64,000 nt of DNA from the NCBI GenBank assembly GCA_964016885.1, contig OZ024752.1, positions 37,696,001 to 37,760,000 on the forward strand. The letters run 5' to 3'. Shown one piece after another: positions 15,741 through 28,211 of this stretch. Numbering within the stretch: the stretch's first letter is position 1; each line of letters opens with the position of its first letter. The DNA is from Eledone cirrhosa. Taxonomy: Eukaryota. The notes below the pieces were generated by a model that saw nothing but the letters and a program-made list of their open reading frames with translations, was not told the origin of the DNA and made no database searches. A program made the position numbers and the translations under genes.

Positions 15741-15771
<31 letters not shown>
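11395..15771. repeat. ~4.4 kb compound AT-rich simple repeat (TA/TATG/TATATG, then a 20-bp unit TATGTATATAAATATATATA from ~14521)
   Basis: Directly visible; source of all the Y/I/H/M/C/V-rich ORFs. Confidence 0.98.
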
Positions 15772-15799
15772 GGCTTACTGAATACACACGTGCTTCTTT

Positions 15800-15990
15800 C
15801 AAGAGATTTCTTACCGTTCCTTCCTCTTTTCATACTCTTTCGATTTCATCTTTTATTTCTCATTCTGTCTTCTGATGAAGGACTAGTGTCCAAAACGTAA
15901 AGACTCTTTTCCTACTATATCAAGTGTTAAATTAATATATTTCTTCATTGTACTGTGTTGTTTGCTTTATTGTTCCATTTTGTAATGGTT
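15800..15990 (+). mobile_element. Penelope-like terminal-repeat relic with a degenerate minimal hammerhead
   Basis: GTCTT-CTGATGA-A-GGAC(TAGT)GTCC-AAAA-CGTA-AAGAC at 15867-15904. Confidence 0.5.
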
Positions 15991-16059
15991 TTTGCGTTAG
16001 GGAAGCTAGTTAACCTTGATATAAAGTGTCTGTGTGTATATATATATATATATTAGTGG

Positions 16060-16290
16060 TTCAACAACAAATAATTTGAAAAAATAAGTAGTTGGCCCCG
16101 TCTGAAGCACCTGTGTCCAATTGAATTAGCTGGATCCCTCAAGCAAGACCAACCAGGCTCACAGATGTTATCCAACCATCTTGTTCTGGGTCTACTCCTG
16201 AGTCTTGTGCTGGTTGCCCTCCCCGCTCCCTCTTCCATAAAATCTGTCCAGCAATTTCCTCAGGTATTTTAACCACATGCCTGTATGTAG
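16060..16290 (-). mobile_element. LINE (RTE-like) ORF2 3'-end remnant
   Basis: RSRPRTRWLDNI motif; related copies at ~50420-50550 (-) and ~60440-60810 (+). Confidence 0.6.
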
Positions 16291-17571
16291 TATCAGAGTT
16301 GTGATATTTTAATTATACAGTGGAAGCATGTAGCTTAGAGCTAGCTATGAGAAATTTGTATGCAGTGCAAATATGATTCCCATGCATATGTGTAATAGAC
16401 ATGCTTTCAGTCTTACTGTGTAAATAAATGCTATGGTTAATCCAAAGAGCTCTTTTCACAGAGTGAACATGACAATTCAACTAGGTTATTGACATCTTAT
16501 CAGCAATATGGAATTCTCTTTGTCTTATTTACACAACATGGCTGAATATATATTTGTTAAACATATGTCGACTTATTCACAATTTATCCACACACATGCT
16601 GTCTGAGTACTTTAGTTATTTTATACCCATTGCATGTGATATATGTGTATGTGTGTGTATGTGTATATATAGCGATTTTTACATCCGTTTTTGTTTTGTT
16701 TTTGTCGTGTTGATATGATTTAGATGTGGATTTTTTGTCAGGTTTATGATTTGATAACTTTTCTCATATTAATCCCTTCAGTTGCTTCTTATGGTGTGCA
16801 GGATAGAAAGAACACCCAGTCATAGAAAACTTCCAAACAAAGGGTTAATGGTCTCTTCAGTTGTGTCAAACACATGACAACCTCACTAGTGCTGGTGCCA
16901 CAGAAATGCATTTGGGGTGCTCTTTCAAGGGAAAGTATGTAAACGAGATACATCCCCAGCCCATGAGAGGTCAGTGACTCTGGAAGGTACTGACATTGTC
17001 TGTGATGACCTGTCCAACCTTGCTAGCAGGGAGACTGGATGTTAAATAATGATAATGATGAGATATGTGCAACTCACAGCTTAATTGAGTAGCGTTTAAT
17101 ATATCAATGACAAACACAAGCATTCCAAACATTGACAAGTTTCCATAGTTTCCATCTTTCTAATTTCATTCACAAGGCTTAGCTCTGGTAAAGGACATTT
17201 CCCCCATGATGCCATGCAACACAGTCATACTAAACCTGGTGCCTCATGATTGCAAAGCAAACAGTTTCATCCCCTTTGCTCTGTTTGCATCTACACAAAC
17301 CTACATACACATATAAGTGTATGTATGTATTTAATATAACACAACCCTTTATTATTTTCATTTGGATTTTTCAGAAAGCTAATCTTGCTAATTTCTGTTG
17401 TATTTTGTTGATTTCATGTAAATTATTAAATAGTTCAACATTTTATTGCATTTTAAATTTGGAAATTTCACATTGAAAGAAATATTAGATTTATTCCTTT
17501 GTAAGAAAGATGAGTGTGTGAATGAAGGAATCTTGTTATAAAATGTTCTGATTTAAATCCCTCCTCTCTCT

Positions 17572-18176
17572 ATCATCATCATCGTTTAACGTCCATCTTC
17601 CACGCTTGCATGGGTTTGGGCGGGAATTTTCTCACTTGAGGCAAGATTGGTTGTCTTGCTCGTATAGGACTGTCTGGCGGGTTTTCTACGGCTGGATGCC
17701 CTTCCTAACACCAACCACGTTTACAGTGTGGAACTGGGAGGTTTTTACACGGCCACATTACAGCGTGGACTGTGTGTTTTTTTGTCGTGACACCTACACG
17801 ACCTCATTTGTTTCGGACTGGATGTTGTGGTACCAACATAACTTTACATTGAAAGGGGTGGTGTGGATGGGGTGGGGGTAGTGGGACGGGGGTGTGTTTT
17901 TGTTAGAGGTGCCTACTGACTGTAGGTTTCGCTTTGTACTTAGGCAAGGTGGGTCTTCTGTATTACTGTGTAGTGCCAAAGATCTCGGTCCAGTGACATT
18001 GTCTTGGAGAGGTGTAAGTGTGTGAGGTCAGAATTTATCAAGTCGTCCCAGGTTTTTCTGGGTCTGCCTACTCCGTGGCTACCGTCTATTTTTATCGCCC
18101 TGCACTTTTTATACAGCTGTCGTCTTTCATGCGCATCACGTAACCGTACCAACGTAGTCTTCTCTCGAGTAAACAT
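17572..18176 (-). mobile_element. 5'-truncated RTE LINE (ORF2 C-terminus, 3'UTR, (GAT)n tail)
   Basis: KKCRAIKIDGSHGVGRPRKTWDDLINSDL...DRDLW; tail on the - strand GGAAGATGGACGTTAAACGATGATGATGAT. Confidence 0.85.
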
Positions 18177-18708
18177 CTGATCCCTTTTATTCCTAATATA
18201 TATATATTATAACAAAAAATACACAACTCGCTATAGAATGGTGTGTTCATACACAGAGAGGCTGTAAAATAGAGTAAAGACTCTTTTAAAGGTGGGAAAA
18301 GAAGGTGCTATCGGCTACTATGAGATATATATAATGTAGGGGTGGGGTTAAAGACAAAACGTATTTATAACAAAATACATTTGTTTATAAGGGATAATTA
18401 TATTCCAGCATATGAATTAATTAAAATATATTACAAATAGAACCATTTTTGCAAAGAGAAGCAGATATTTGTAATATATCTTTTAGATGATATATGTTGC
18501 TTTATTTTTGTATCTATACAGTACATAATCTACTAGAATACAATACCAAGTAGTCTTATAACTGTTTTGATTTTATTTCATATTGTTTGTTTAGCTTTTA
18601 CTATTTGGAAATATGTTTATGAGTATTTTGTTTGTTTTCTGTTCAATAACAATTTGTTTTTATCTGACTCTATAATATCCTTTGCTTTTTTTTTTTCTAT
18701 CAATTCAG

Positions 18709-18842
18709 TGTGAATCTGAAATTGCTGGTCTGAACCGACGAATTCAGCTTTTGGAGGAAGATCTTGAACGATCAGAAGAGAGGCTGACAACTGCCCAATC
18801 TAAATTAGAAGAGGCTTCAAAGGCTGCAGATGAGAGTGAGAG
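18709..18842 (+). CDS. TPM: Tropomyosin exon 3 (single copy)
   Basis: Polypyrimidine tract then cag|; 134 nt; [44 protein letters not shown](R); donor AG|GTAATG. Confidence 0.97.
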
Positions 18843-21800
18843 GTAATGCTTTCTTAAAGCACCATTTTCTAGATTTTATTAAAAGGGTCTAGAGTAGTGA
18901 TAGTAATAATTGATAGTGTTTATGGTTTCCATAACCGATAAATCAAGTTAATATTGATTTTTTTCCTGTAACAAATTAACCTTCAATAGGGTGCTGTTTA
19001 ACAAAAAGTGCTTTGATTTTTTGTTTTATTTCATTGTATCGAAATAAAAAGTTTATTAGATTATCCAAAAACTTTTTAGACAAGTTTGGATAAGTTTATA
19101 AACTTAAGTTGTGAAGTGTAAACTCCAAGCAGCTTCATCCAAAAAGAGCTATTTATCTTTTAGTGTATAGGGATGTTGCATGAGTTTTTCTATATAAAGG
19201 GCTATGAATTTGAAGAAAATTAAGGCAACAAATCTCTAAAACATTGATGTATTTATATAGTTTTATTTAAAATGTTCTGGTCTAGGTCAGAATGTATGAA
19301 TTATGTTCAATGATAAAATAATAAAATAATGGTTAGAGGTATTATTGCTGTCAGTTTTGAAGTTTTGAAAGCTTACCTTATGTACACATGCTAAGGTATT
19401 TGGTGAAACTATCATAGTTTATACTTACAGTGAAGTTTTGTGGAAGTTTGTCTTCTCAAACATAAAGTTTAGATCAGCTACAGAAACTGTTGGTAAAGTT
19501 ATTCTGTATTTATGATAGAAGTAGGGCAAAATGGCAGTGACCCCTATCAATGCTCAGCAAAGGTTGCTGGTCACTGCTTCCCCACAAAAGATGAGATGGT
19601 TTCACACCTCTTGTCTCATGTTGTAGGAAACCTCTTCTACCAGAAAGCTCAGGTAACAGGATACCATAGCAAGAGAAACTGAATTGACAAGGATGACTTA
19701 GAAACGTCGAGGGGGAAACACTGTTGTTGTGAAGTTGAGCTTGCTGTCTCGCAATGGATAAGATAAGACAGTAGATATTCAATCACTTAGAACACTTAGA
19801 AATTTAATTATCATACCTAGTATTAAAATGTTTAGACATAGGTCTAAATACGTTTAGATGTATTAAATATTAATCATATTGCCTTGAAATATAACATAAG
19901 TTGTACCAGTTGAAATATATGAAGGACAGTTTTTAAATGTAAAAATGTTTCTATTTGCAATCTATTTAAAATTAGTTAATTGTAATATGCATCATGAATG
20001 ATTTTTCACCAAATTCTTCTACAGTTAAATTTATTACATTTTTTAAAAAATCATTCCATAAATTCTCTGGATATAACTTATTTTTAATATGTTCAAGAAG
20101 TGTCTTTGAAATGTTGAGACATATTTTCTAAGCTCTATTGGGCATTCTTTTCATATTTACCATAATTTCATGATGCATGTTAATTCTAACGGATTGGCTA
20201 CATAACTTGATTTTAGTTATAAATACATTTATACATACACATATGTATACATTTATCTATATATATCTCTGTGTGTGTCTAAATGTATATATGTATATAT
20301 ATATGTTTTTTTTTCCTTTTTTTCCTTTTTTGTTTTGTTTTTTGTAGTCTAGTGCATGTGTTAGCAGTTGTTATTTTTTTATTTTTTGGTTGAGTGGTGA
20401 CAAGATTTTATCTTATTTACTCTCTTTTATTAAATGTTGGTTTTGTTCCTTTTTTAGTAATTAAAGCATGTAAATTATGATTCAATTTCATATACATGGT
20501 TCCATCTTGTAGCAGCATCAAAAAGTTGGTTAGGTTTTAGAAAAATTAGCCCATTGTACCACTTTGTACTGTTTTTGCTTTCTAGTGGCAAATTGACTGT
20601 CATTAGAGCCTTGTGGTATTGGTTCCAGCTCTCTTGCTCTCTGTTCTGAGTTCAAATTCCACTATGGTCAATTTACCCTTTCATTCTTTGAGTCGACAAA
20701 ATAAAATATTAGTCCAGTTTAGTAGCAAGTAGCTTGGTGGAATTGTTTGAACATTAGGTGTTGTATTAGCTTTGGCTCATGCATTGAGTTCAAATCCTGT
20801 TGTGGCTTAATCTATTGCCTGATTTAACACCACCACCTGGCTCTTGGTTGCCATTACTAGAGTCCATACTATTGATAGCTCCGGTTTGAGGATACCTTCC
20901 TTCCAGTCTGAGATTCTGAAAACTGTTATTAGCAGTGTCCTTCCCTCTTAGACTAAATATAAATAATAAACAAATAAGGTTTGTTTGGAAATCTATATTA
21001 TTCAAACCAACATTTCCAAAAATGTTCCCATAAACCAAATACTAAATGTTTTGAATACTCAGTCAGGATGTTTGGCAGAGTTGATGCCAATAAAATAAAG
21101 AACCAGTGAAGTGCTGTGGTTTATGTAATAAACTATATTTATATGATTTCTTTTTAAATTGATAAAAAGTGCATCTTCAAATAGCAATATATCATACATG
21201 TTGAAGGTTGTGGTATTACTGTTGTGAATATATTGTATCACTCCATAGTAACTCCTTCAAGATCAAAGGAAATATCTTTCAAACTTTTAAATCACTTTTT
21301 AATGTTCTGATGCTTTGAAATAAATTATGAGATGCAAACAACAGTTGGGAATAATGTAGCAATGGACTGTTATCCCATCCCATCTATCACATTACACCTC
21401 CTGAAACAGTGATAAACTTCAGAGAGACTTTCACTTTTTAGCTCATACTTCATTTTGAATTATAGATATTCATCACACATATAAGAAAACAAAATGCTTC
21501 TTACATAAATATATATTTTTGTTTACAATTCCAAAGCAAGAATTTCATCTCATTTGTGTGATTTTGCTTTATTTTGATTTTATTTTTATTATTATTATTT
21601 TTCTTGCATGCATCATTATTTTACTATTGTATCAATAGTAATGGTGAATAAAGGTTTTGTAAATATCTTTAGAAATGAGTAAACCTTTCATTTTAGATGA
21701 CTTATTCACTCTTTCCTAAAATTTCATATCATTAAACATGTGCTTTGAACTTTTATTGGAACATAAACCAGTCTTACGTGACTGATTAGTCAATATTTAA

Positions 21801-22589
21801 ATATGTAAATTTTTTGTTTTTAACAATTATCTTGAGATAATAAACTTCACATTTCATGTGTCATACTTTCTTTAAGATAAAACGGAAATTATCAACACTG
21901 TTCTGATTATAGTTGCTTTAATAACCTAGACATATCTATGAATAAATAGAGGTGTGGTGGCTAGTGGCTTGATAAAGGCTAAATGACGACCATAATTCCA
22001 TTAAGATAATAATAGAAGCTACCTTTCTAACAATTTATTAATGGGCTTGGTTAGATAAATTAGGTATACGTGTTTTGGCAGATTACTAAAAAAAAAATAA
22101 AAAATGGGTTATTGTTCTAGTTGTGATTTTTATCCATATGCTATCCCGATAATTAGAACTAACAATATTTTTTAAAAGGATTAATAAAATTTGACTATTA
22201 AGAGGTTCAATGATAGCATAGAATAATAATAGTATTGATAATAGAAGCTATCCTGATATTTAGAACTAAAAATACTTTTTTAAAAGGCATGTTAATAAAG
22301 TTTGGCTGTTAGTTATTAAGAGGTTCAATGAAGTGTATGTAATCTGCATAAGTCAGTCTAATGAGCAGGAAATATGTGTTTTGTACTATTTGTAATTTCA
22401 TATGCATGCGTGCTGTTGTGTATGTATTCATTATTCATCATCACAATTATTTGTCTAGTTTTTTATGTTGTCTCAATCAGAATGTATTGATTTGTGTGAT
22501 AAGTGTTGTTCTGTTGTTGCCTCAATAGGAGGAATTCAGTGTTGCAATTCAACTCGAAGCTATAGTACAAGTTGCTAGGGTTGTTCCAT

Positions 22590-22879
22590 TAAAAAAAAAA
22601 GTCTTGAGGCTAAAGGCTCATTAGGCCAGTGCTTATCCTGATTTCCGTAGTGTTGAGTGACTGAGAGTACAAGACTCCACTCTGGACAGGACACCAGTCC
22701 ATCACATGGTTAAACTCTTAACTATTGCTGTTGGTATTCATTGTCAGCTGAGTATACTGGAGCAACATGAAATTAAGTGTTTTGCTCGAGAACACAACAT
22801 ACAACCCGGTCCAGGAATGTAACCTACCGCATCATGATTTGTAAGTCCAACACCCTTACCACTAGGCCACGTGCCTCTA
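22590..22879 (-). mobile_element. tRNA-derived SINE with CORE- and V-like domains
   Basis: The - strand reads GTGGCCTAGTGGTAAGG (A box)...TGTGTTCTCGAGCAAAACACTTAA (CORE-like)...GATGGACTGGTGTCCTGTCCAG (V-like). Partial copies at ~46516-46640 and ~49960-50070. Confidence 0.7.
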
Positions 22880-23821
22880 CGCCCTTCATAGGCCCTGTGT
22901 ACTTTATAGTAGTAGGATTAGCTGTACATTGTAAGATATATGGTGGCATTATGTGGAGTGCCATTGCAATCTAGACATATGTTAGTGATTTCTAGATCTG
23001 TTCACCTACAATGATCAGTTGTACTAGTGTCTACCTTGTTTTTTTGTGGTAGACAATCTTCTTCCTTATTGATCATGAGCATGTCTGATAATGGGTGGCT
23101 GGCCTTTAGTTTGGTAGCCATGAATCGTGTAGAACAGCATTTATGACATGGAGCCATATCCTCAGTGGAATACAGATTGTGCTATCAAACTACCAAACTT
23201 ATCTGAGGCATAGTCCTCATTACTTAAGTTCTCCTCAGAAGTTTTATTGTTAAATGACTTCCCATTGAAACAACCGTATTGACAGAAATAGTCATGAGTG
23301 TAATATGACTTTAATATTAGCAATGGTCTTTTTTAGAATTACCAACTCGGTCTTTATTTACAGAATTGTCAATGTCATTTTGACAAATATGAACATTTTT
23401 TTTTTTTTTTTTTTTTTTTTTCTCTGGCATGTATGTAGTTGAGCCTACCTTTGCATGTCTGTACTCACTACAGAAAACTTATTACAATAGTATAGCTGGA
23501 TGGTGTTTTTGATGTTACTGTGTTAAGCTATCTTTATTTCAAGAAACATTTTATTAAGATTAAAGATTGAACTTCGCTTGATTATTATAGTTTCTCTATA
23601 TATTTACTTAAAGAAAGTATGTTACATGAAAGAATAATTTTGTCACCACTAAACTACAGTAGGATTTTCATAACATTACTATCATTCAATATTTTTTTTT
23701 TAATATTTACTTTACTGGCAAAGTAGAACAAAATACTATCTAATTCTTACTGTGTTCACTTAATTATTCCAAGTTTTGTGCATGTGATTGTATGTTCTGC
23801 TTTTGCTGTGGTGGTGACTAG

Positions 23822-23939
23822 ATCTGTCCAAGTGTTGAGAAATCGCAGCTCCATGGATGATGACCGCATTTGTGATTTGGAGCAGAAATGCAAAGATGCA
23901 GAGCTGTTTGCTTCTGAAAGCCAGAAAAAATATGATGAG
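23822..23939 (+). CDS. TPM: Tropomyosin alternative exon 4a
   Basis: tag|, 118 nt, open in the correct phase: (R)SVQVLRNRSSMDDDRICDLEQKCKDAELFASESQKKYDE; donor GAG|GTATGT. Confidence 0.88.
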
Positions 23940-24000
23940 GTATGTTGTACTGGCCACTTAGTTTGCATGCACATATTGACACCATTTTTTCCCCATTCAG

Positions 24001-24118
24001 ATCTAAGAAAGCACTAGAGAGCAGAGGTACACACGATTATGACCGAATCTGCCGTCTAGAAGATTTGGCAAGGGAAAATACACAAATTGCCGTTGATGCA
24101 GAACAGAAATACGTCGAG
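24001..24118 (+). CDS. TPM: Tropomyosin alternative exon 4b
   Basis: ttttttccccattcag|, 118 nt: (R)SKKALESRGTHDYDRICRLEDLARENTQIAVDAEQKYVE; donor GAG|GTATGT. Confidence 0.88.
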
Positions 24119-24454
24119 GTATGTTTACGTCAGACGTGTTAAGCACAGTTAATTTAAAAACAGTACGAAAATGATTTAAAGGTGTGAACAAAGAAGCAGA
24201 CGGTTGTTATATATCTATATATTACTTTTTTATATTAATATTTATTTGTTTTTATTTCAGTGTATAAAACAAAGGCTTGTTCATTGTGAAACAAAGTCAC
24301 ATGGTTTTTATTATTATTATTATTATTATTATTAATTGACATATTTCTTTCAGTGTCTCAAATTTTTTTTTTAAATGTCCATGAAGTTGATATGCTGAAA
24401 TTTGGCCTAGTTCATTTCGATTTAACTTTTTATTCTTCCACTGTCCGCTGGCAG

Positions 24455-24572
24455 AGCGCTCAAAGTACTTGAAAACAGGAGTCAAGTTGATGATGAAAGG
24501 ATAGATCAACTTGAGGCTAATCTCAAAGAAGCTAAGTACATAGCTGAAGAAGGTGATCGCAAATATGATGAG
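24455..24572 (+). CDS. TPM: Tropomyosin alternative exon 4c
   Basis: cag|, 118 nt: (R)[39 protein letters not shown]; donor GAG|GTGATT. Confidence 0.93.
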
Positions 24573-24773
24573 GTGATTTTACGCACCAAGTGTATGCATG
24601 CTTTATTCACTAAAGGTCAATTCACTACAGTTGAACTTCATATTATCAACATAATAATATAAATAATGAAGCCACATCCGTTTATAACATAGTTAACCCA
24701 ACTAATACTATCGCCTGCGCTTTCATTGTACCAATTTCTTAACTTATGAGCAATATCTGTTCTGCACCACTAG

Positions 24774-24891
24774 AGGGCGCAAAGTGTTGGAAAACAGGAG
24801 CCAGGGAGATGAAGAACGTATCGACTTACTGGAGAAGCAATTAGAGGAAGCCAAATGGATTGCTGAAGATGCTGATCGGAAATTTGATGAG
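24774..24891 (+). CDS. TPM: Tropomyosin alternative exon 4d (canonical muscle form)
   Basis: tag|, 118 nt: (R)[39 protein letters not shown]; donor GAG|GTGACA. Confidence 0.96.
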
Positions 24892-25419
24892 GTGACAGCT
24901 TGGCGTTTGCTGTGCCAGCCTGATGAATTTGGCAAAGTGTTATGATGCTTTCGGAAAAAAAAATGAGATTTTTGACCCAAATTTGGCATTGCATTGTTTT
25001 TGAAGCCAAAAAGTTTGCTTGGCACTTTTAGAACTCAGATGAAATATGTTTACAGTTCCAATTTCTGCAAAAAAAAATTTTTTTAAATAATAATAAAAAA
25101 AAAAAAGAGAAATGTAATTAGAAGAAAGACTCTAGAAGAAATAATAGTCATTAGTTTTAGTTGTAGTAATTAATGCATGATTTTACAAATGTTTTAAAGG
25201 CATGTTAAATGACCTTGTTCATATTGGTATTTTAATTCAGGATAATGTGTTAAAATGAAGTAGGTAGTTATATAATTTAGTAAATTGTTATCTAACATAG
25301 TGTAACTCAGATACTAATCTATCAGATTAGATGCCTACAGCGTGTTTAGTACTAAACCGTGTTTTGTTAAAATTTGATGTTTTCATTTTGCGTGTGTGTG
25401 TGTTCGTTCATAATTGGAT

Positions 25420-25590
25420 TTTTTATTATTTTTTTATTTTTTAGTTTTTATTTTTTATTTTTTATTTTTTATTTTTTATTTTTTATTTTTTATTTTTTAT
25501 TTTTTATTTTTTATTTTTTATTTTTATTTTTAAGATTCCTTCAATTTGATTTAATTTTGTAACATTTTACTTTATTTTATTTTTATTTTT
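25420..25590. repeat. (TTTTTTA)n low-complexity tract
   Basis: Directly visible. Confidence 0.85.
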
Positions 25591-26780
25591 TTAATCCAAA
25601 TTAATTAGATATTTTAACGATAGGGTATTATCTACTAATTTAGTTATTTACATATCCTGTTTGGAATTCTTTAATAATTTTGTTCAATAACTTACTGATC
25701 AAAATTCATCATATTTTATAATTAATGAGCACATTTTTAATTTAATTTAATTGTATTTTATAATTAACGACCACATTCCACATTCTAATTTAATTTAATC
25801 TTAGACAATACAATACTCTTGACTAAATAATTTGATTTTGTAAGATTTGGAGGAATCTTAAATTTGGCATTTTTCAAACCAGATATTGATATAATTTTGT
25901 ATTTATTATTTGTCTTTAAATTCTTCATCATTATCATTATTGTTATTTTGTGCATTTTTCTATGCTGGTTATTTGTTTTTTGTTTTTAAAGTTCTTGTTA
26001 CACTGAACTTCACATATGGAACATGCAAAACATTATCAGACAAACAGTGTTAGTACAAGAAACATGGCGGAGCATGTGCATACACACATATATATATATA
26101 TCATTAGCTAGTAAAATAGTGCTTACGCCATATTTTGACTAAGTAAATTAGTCTATTAGTTGGGGTTATAAAAAACCCATAGAATGAAAAAAAGGGATGA
26201 ACATTGACGTACATGGGACACCAAATTATCCGCTGTTTGTAAACAAAGCCAAGCTTTGTATCTTCTATATACATATATATCATGATTTTCACATCCGTTT
26301 TCCCATATTAGCATGGGTTGGACAAGGTCACTTTTCTTGTATGTTCTGCTACAACCAGATGCCCTTCTTGGTGCCAACCCATGCCTTTATTCTAAATATG
26401 GTACGGTACATGTCACAAGTCTTTTTATCGCACCAATGTGCTGCCTGACATTGTTTGTGGGGAACATAAACAGCTCTCACTGTTGGTTTGTGTGTGTCAA
26501 TGGCATTGGATGTGCCTGGCGCACACACACACACACACACAGATATGGTTCTTACAGTGCCTATTCTACCAAATTCAATCGCAAGGCATTGGTCAGCCTG
26601 GAAACATTCACCCCAAATGTCTTGGAGTGGGGCTAAAAGTAAATCTGCATAATGCAGGAGTGATTTTATTAACCACACAGCTATGCACACATCTAAATAC
26701 ACACACACACACACATATATATATATTGACCTTTTATCTATGGATATCTTGCATATATATATATAATGTATGTATATATA

Positions 26781-27282
26781 CAGATGATGCTGTTATAAAA
26801 AGGTGCAGAGCACTAGAAGTTGATGGAAACCGCGGAGTGGGGAGACCCAAGATGACTTGGGATGAGGTGATAAAAGCCGACCTTACCCAACTACACCTCT
26901 CAAAGTCAATGACACACGACCGTGACTTCTGGCGTCACGCAGTAATACAGGGTACCCGACCTCCCATGGGTACATGCTGAAGCATATAAACAATATGCCC
27001 CCACTCCCCCCACCGCAAGGTGGTCGTGGAGGTGCCACGGCAAAAAAGCACCCAGCCCACACTGTAAAGTGGACGTGTAGGTGCCACGAAAAAGCACCCA
27101 GCACTCACTGTAAATGAGGTTGGTGTTAGGAAGGGCATCCAGCTGTAGAAATCAAGCCAGATCAGTTCCTGTATGAGCAAGGCATGGTCAGCCGACCAGA
27201 CACTGCCCACAACAGGACAACCCGTCTAACCCATGCTAGCGTGGAAGAACGGACGTAAAACGGTGATGATGATGATGATGAT
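26781..27282 (+). mobile_element. 5'-truncated RTE LINE (same family as 17572-18176)
   Basis: KRCRALEVDGNRGVGRPKMTWDEVIKADL...DRDFW, then 3'UTR and GGACGTAAAACGGT(GAT)n tail. Confidence 0.85.
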
Positions 27283-28140
27283 ACACACATACACACATAT
27301 ACATTGTAAGCATATCAAAACGGATCAGGAAACTCAATGCATTAGGATATTTATATATATAATATATTATATTATATATTTGAGAAACAACTTAAAACTG
27401 AATGAATTAAGCCTCATAAATGCCCTTCATATAATAATATATGCCATCTTACGGTTGAGAGAAAAACTATATTAATATCTGGTTCTTTGTATTTTGTCAA
27501 AGTAGATTTTTTTTTTATTTTTAGTTTGTTTGTTTGTTTGTTTTTGTTGTAGTTTTTTATTTTATTTTATTTTATTTTATTTTATTTTATTTCTTTAGTT
27601 TTTTTTTTAAACATTAATCAGAATTCTTTAAATTTAAAACTATCATTGAAAACTTTAAATAACCAACAAAGGAACAAGATTATATTTATTAATTTGTGAT
27701 TTTTTTTATTCCTATATGCAAAAACATTTTCCATGTAAACTGAAGTGTGTATTTCTTTATAAAATATATTTTCTAAATTTAAATTTACTCTTTTGTTAAT
27801 AATGAATTGGTATATTTGTACATATTAACATATTTTTATACATTAAATGAGAAAGATAATAATATTCTTCCATGTATATATAAATATTACTTATTTTATT
27901 ACTGTAAATTCTTTTTAAAACGTTAAGGTTGTTAATATAGAATTTTGTAAAATTATATATATATATAATATATATATATATATAAAAAAAAAAAAGAAAA
28001 TTGCATGATAATTCAGTACATAGATTATAAAGGAACTTGCATGTTTTATGGGAATGCGTGCAAGCTGTGTGCCACTAATGTTCAGCTACTAACACAAAAT
28101 CTTTAAAGAACATAGTGGTAACACATCTTTCTTAACGCAG

Positions 28141-28211
28141 GCTGCCCGTAAACTGGCAATAACAGAAGTAGACCTTGAGCGTGCTGAGGCCCGTTTAGAG
28201 GCTGCAGAAGC
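28141..28211 (+). CDS. TPM: Tropomyosin exon 5a (canonical)
   Basis: cag|, 71 nt: AARKLAITEVDLERAEARLEAAE(A); donor GC|GTAAGT. Confidence 0.97.

Noticed and set aside
11387-15833. Very long ORFs (up to 1471 aa) on both strands
   Set aside because: Translations of a TA/TG simple repeat that happens to lack stop codons; no protein-like complexity.
22780-22879. tRNA gene (A/B boxes), also at 36548-36640
   Set aside because: These are SINE heads followed by CORE or Nin domains, with no intact cloverleaf.
24744-25025. Minus-strand ORFs over the exon-4 cluster (similarly 37871-38104 and 40111-40350)
   Set aside because: Antisense shadows of tropomyosin exons.
26438-26980. 180-aa ORF
   Set aside because: Chimera of microsatellite sequence and an RTE LINE C-terminal fragment.
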